From assembly GCA_052327205.1 (NCBI GenBank), contig CM126207.1, positions 258,106,001 to 258,170,000 of the forward strand: a stretch of 64,000 bases of DNA, written 5' to 3'. Below, piece by piece: positions 62,440-64,000 of this stretch (its first letter is position 1; each line of letters begins with the position of its first letter). The stretch is from Somniosus microcephalus (taxonomy: Eukaryota). The translations under genes were made by a program, and so were the position numbers. The notes below the pieces were generated by a model, which was not told the origin of the DNA, made no database searches, and worked only from the letters and a program-made list of their open reading frames with translations.

Positions 62440-63020
62440 ATACAAAATGACCGATTTTTTTTCAGAAATCGGCAGCATTATACAGCACATTTGGGCCTGG
62501 GATCTGGTTGGCGCCCGACTTTGGGTGCGAACCCTGGGGCAAACATGAACCGCCCCGCCGAAACCGATGAGCAAGATTGGTCCGCGTGTGTTATCAGGTC
62601 CGAACCGGCATGCTGGGGACGCCTGTCGCACCCCCAAGAGACAGTGCGCCGCTCGCGAAGAACATAAAGATTGGCCAGTGGGGACACCAGTATCAGAGCT
62701 ACCGTGAATCTCAGGGGTGAGGGGGTGGGGGAGGAGGAGATCGGTGGGGGTGGGGGGGCGGCGGGGGTGCGGTGGCGGCCGGCAGCAGCCCGCAGTTTTA
62801 ATGTGGAGTCAGGAGGAGCACTCCTGCCCAATCCAGCTGCACATACAGGTAAGTAAAAAAACTAATTACCAGAACTCCCCTTAAAGACCGCTGGTTTGGC
62901 TGCTGTGCGCCTAAGAAAAATGACCGCAGCATGCACGGTGCATCCCGCGGTCAGTCGCGAACCAATTTTGGAAATGGGCCTGAAACAGGAGTTAGGCCCC
63001 CAAGTTGCATAGGCAGTGGG
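62440..63020. mobile_element. GC-rich MITE-like fragment followed by a CR1 tail remnant
   Basis: GC/CpG-rich block sharing a GGAGCA..CCTG...CAGGTAAGT motif with other MITEs here. Ends not resolved. Confidence 0.4.
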
Positions 63021-64000
63021 GCTAACATAGGAACAGGAGTAGGCCATTCAGCCCCTTAAGCCTGTTCTACCAATTAGATCAGACTTGCACCCTGGACGAT
63101 TACAGGGCAAACCTAACCAATATAGCCTATGGTGCATACCCAACGTGGAATGAGTACCCGTATGCCTTATTGGACCCTTAAGTGCCTGTTTTACACCTGA
63201 AAAATGTGTACTGCACAATCCAATATCTAGGCCTTGAAGACAAACCTGCATTGTAAATATCACACCACAGCAATGCTATAATCAGATCCTAAAACAAAGC
63301 TTGATCAAGTCATGTAGATGATTACTTGATACCAGGTTCACAGTAACAAACCCGGAATTAAAGTAAAATGACCATGTCAGATCACGTATGTAAGTCAAAA
63401 AGTAATCTGCTTGAATACTGTATAACTTATTTCTATATAATTAAAATAAACGAGTTGAAAAACACTTTCTTTTTTCAAACTGTGCTTTATACAGTGGAAT
63501 CCTGATATGAACTGTTCTACTTTACAAAGAGAAAGCGGCCTTCTCTGGGACATGATCCAATTGGCTACAAAATTCCATTACAAATAACACATTGTGACAT
63601 CTAAAAAATGTTCTGCTTTCACATCCGCATGATCCTTTGATATGTTTCTCACATCAACAGAACTCGACTGCGTGCTTTTGGGTTGCAAGTAAACAGTTCA
63701 CATCAGCTTTTCCCAGTGATGTTTCACTGCACCGACAGATGTTTGCAGTGACATCTGTAGCGCTTGTAAATTCTTTGATGAACTACAGATGTTGTGCGTC
63801 CAGTGAGGACGCATATGCACATTTACAGATTGGGAAAGCCTGTATACTGCTCAGTGTCAACTTCATGTGCGTTCTCGTAAATGGTTTTACTGCATAGGGA
63901 AGACATAGCGAGGAAAGAATTGCTGTGGTCGCTACGTGTAGCAACAATGCGAACGCGTCCATGAAGAGTTGCTCTGGCTGATAGATCTACGTCGTAAATC

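Overview
Eukaryotic, repeat-dense, intronic or intergenic DNA. HE1-like V-SINEs, DeuSINEs and CR1 LINEs with an esterase ORF1 point to a cartilaginous fish (inference). No host gene could be identified with confidence, and most short ORFs in the track are transposon fragments or antisense shadows. Main contents: a degenerate Tx1-clade LINE (~931-9104) interrupted by a young Gypsy LTR element (2600-6067); a second, Mag-like Gypsy (27462-32421) nested in a MITE; a near full-length CR1 (52471-57127) with intact ORF2 and a 69-bp TATA-monomer array; a Vingi/Ingi-like LINE; Penelope-like remnants with minimal hammerhead ribozyme cores; a non-autonomous Helitron; three solo LTRs; many MITEs, SINEs and CR1 3' fragments; one assembly gap. 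The strongest observation is the 2600-6067 Gypsy. It has identical LTRs and no tRNA primer-binding site. Instead a perfect 14-bp fold-back pairs the PBS position with its own LTR poly(A) signal (self-priming geometry). Its single open ORF lacks the nucleocapsid and protease. All alignments and counts were made by eye.
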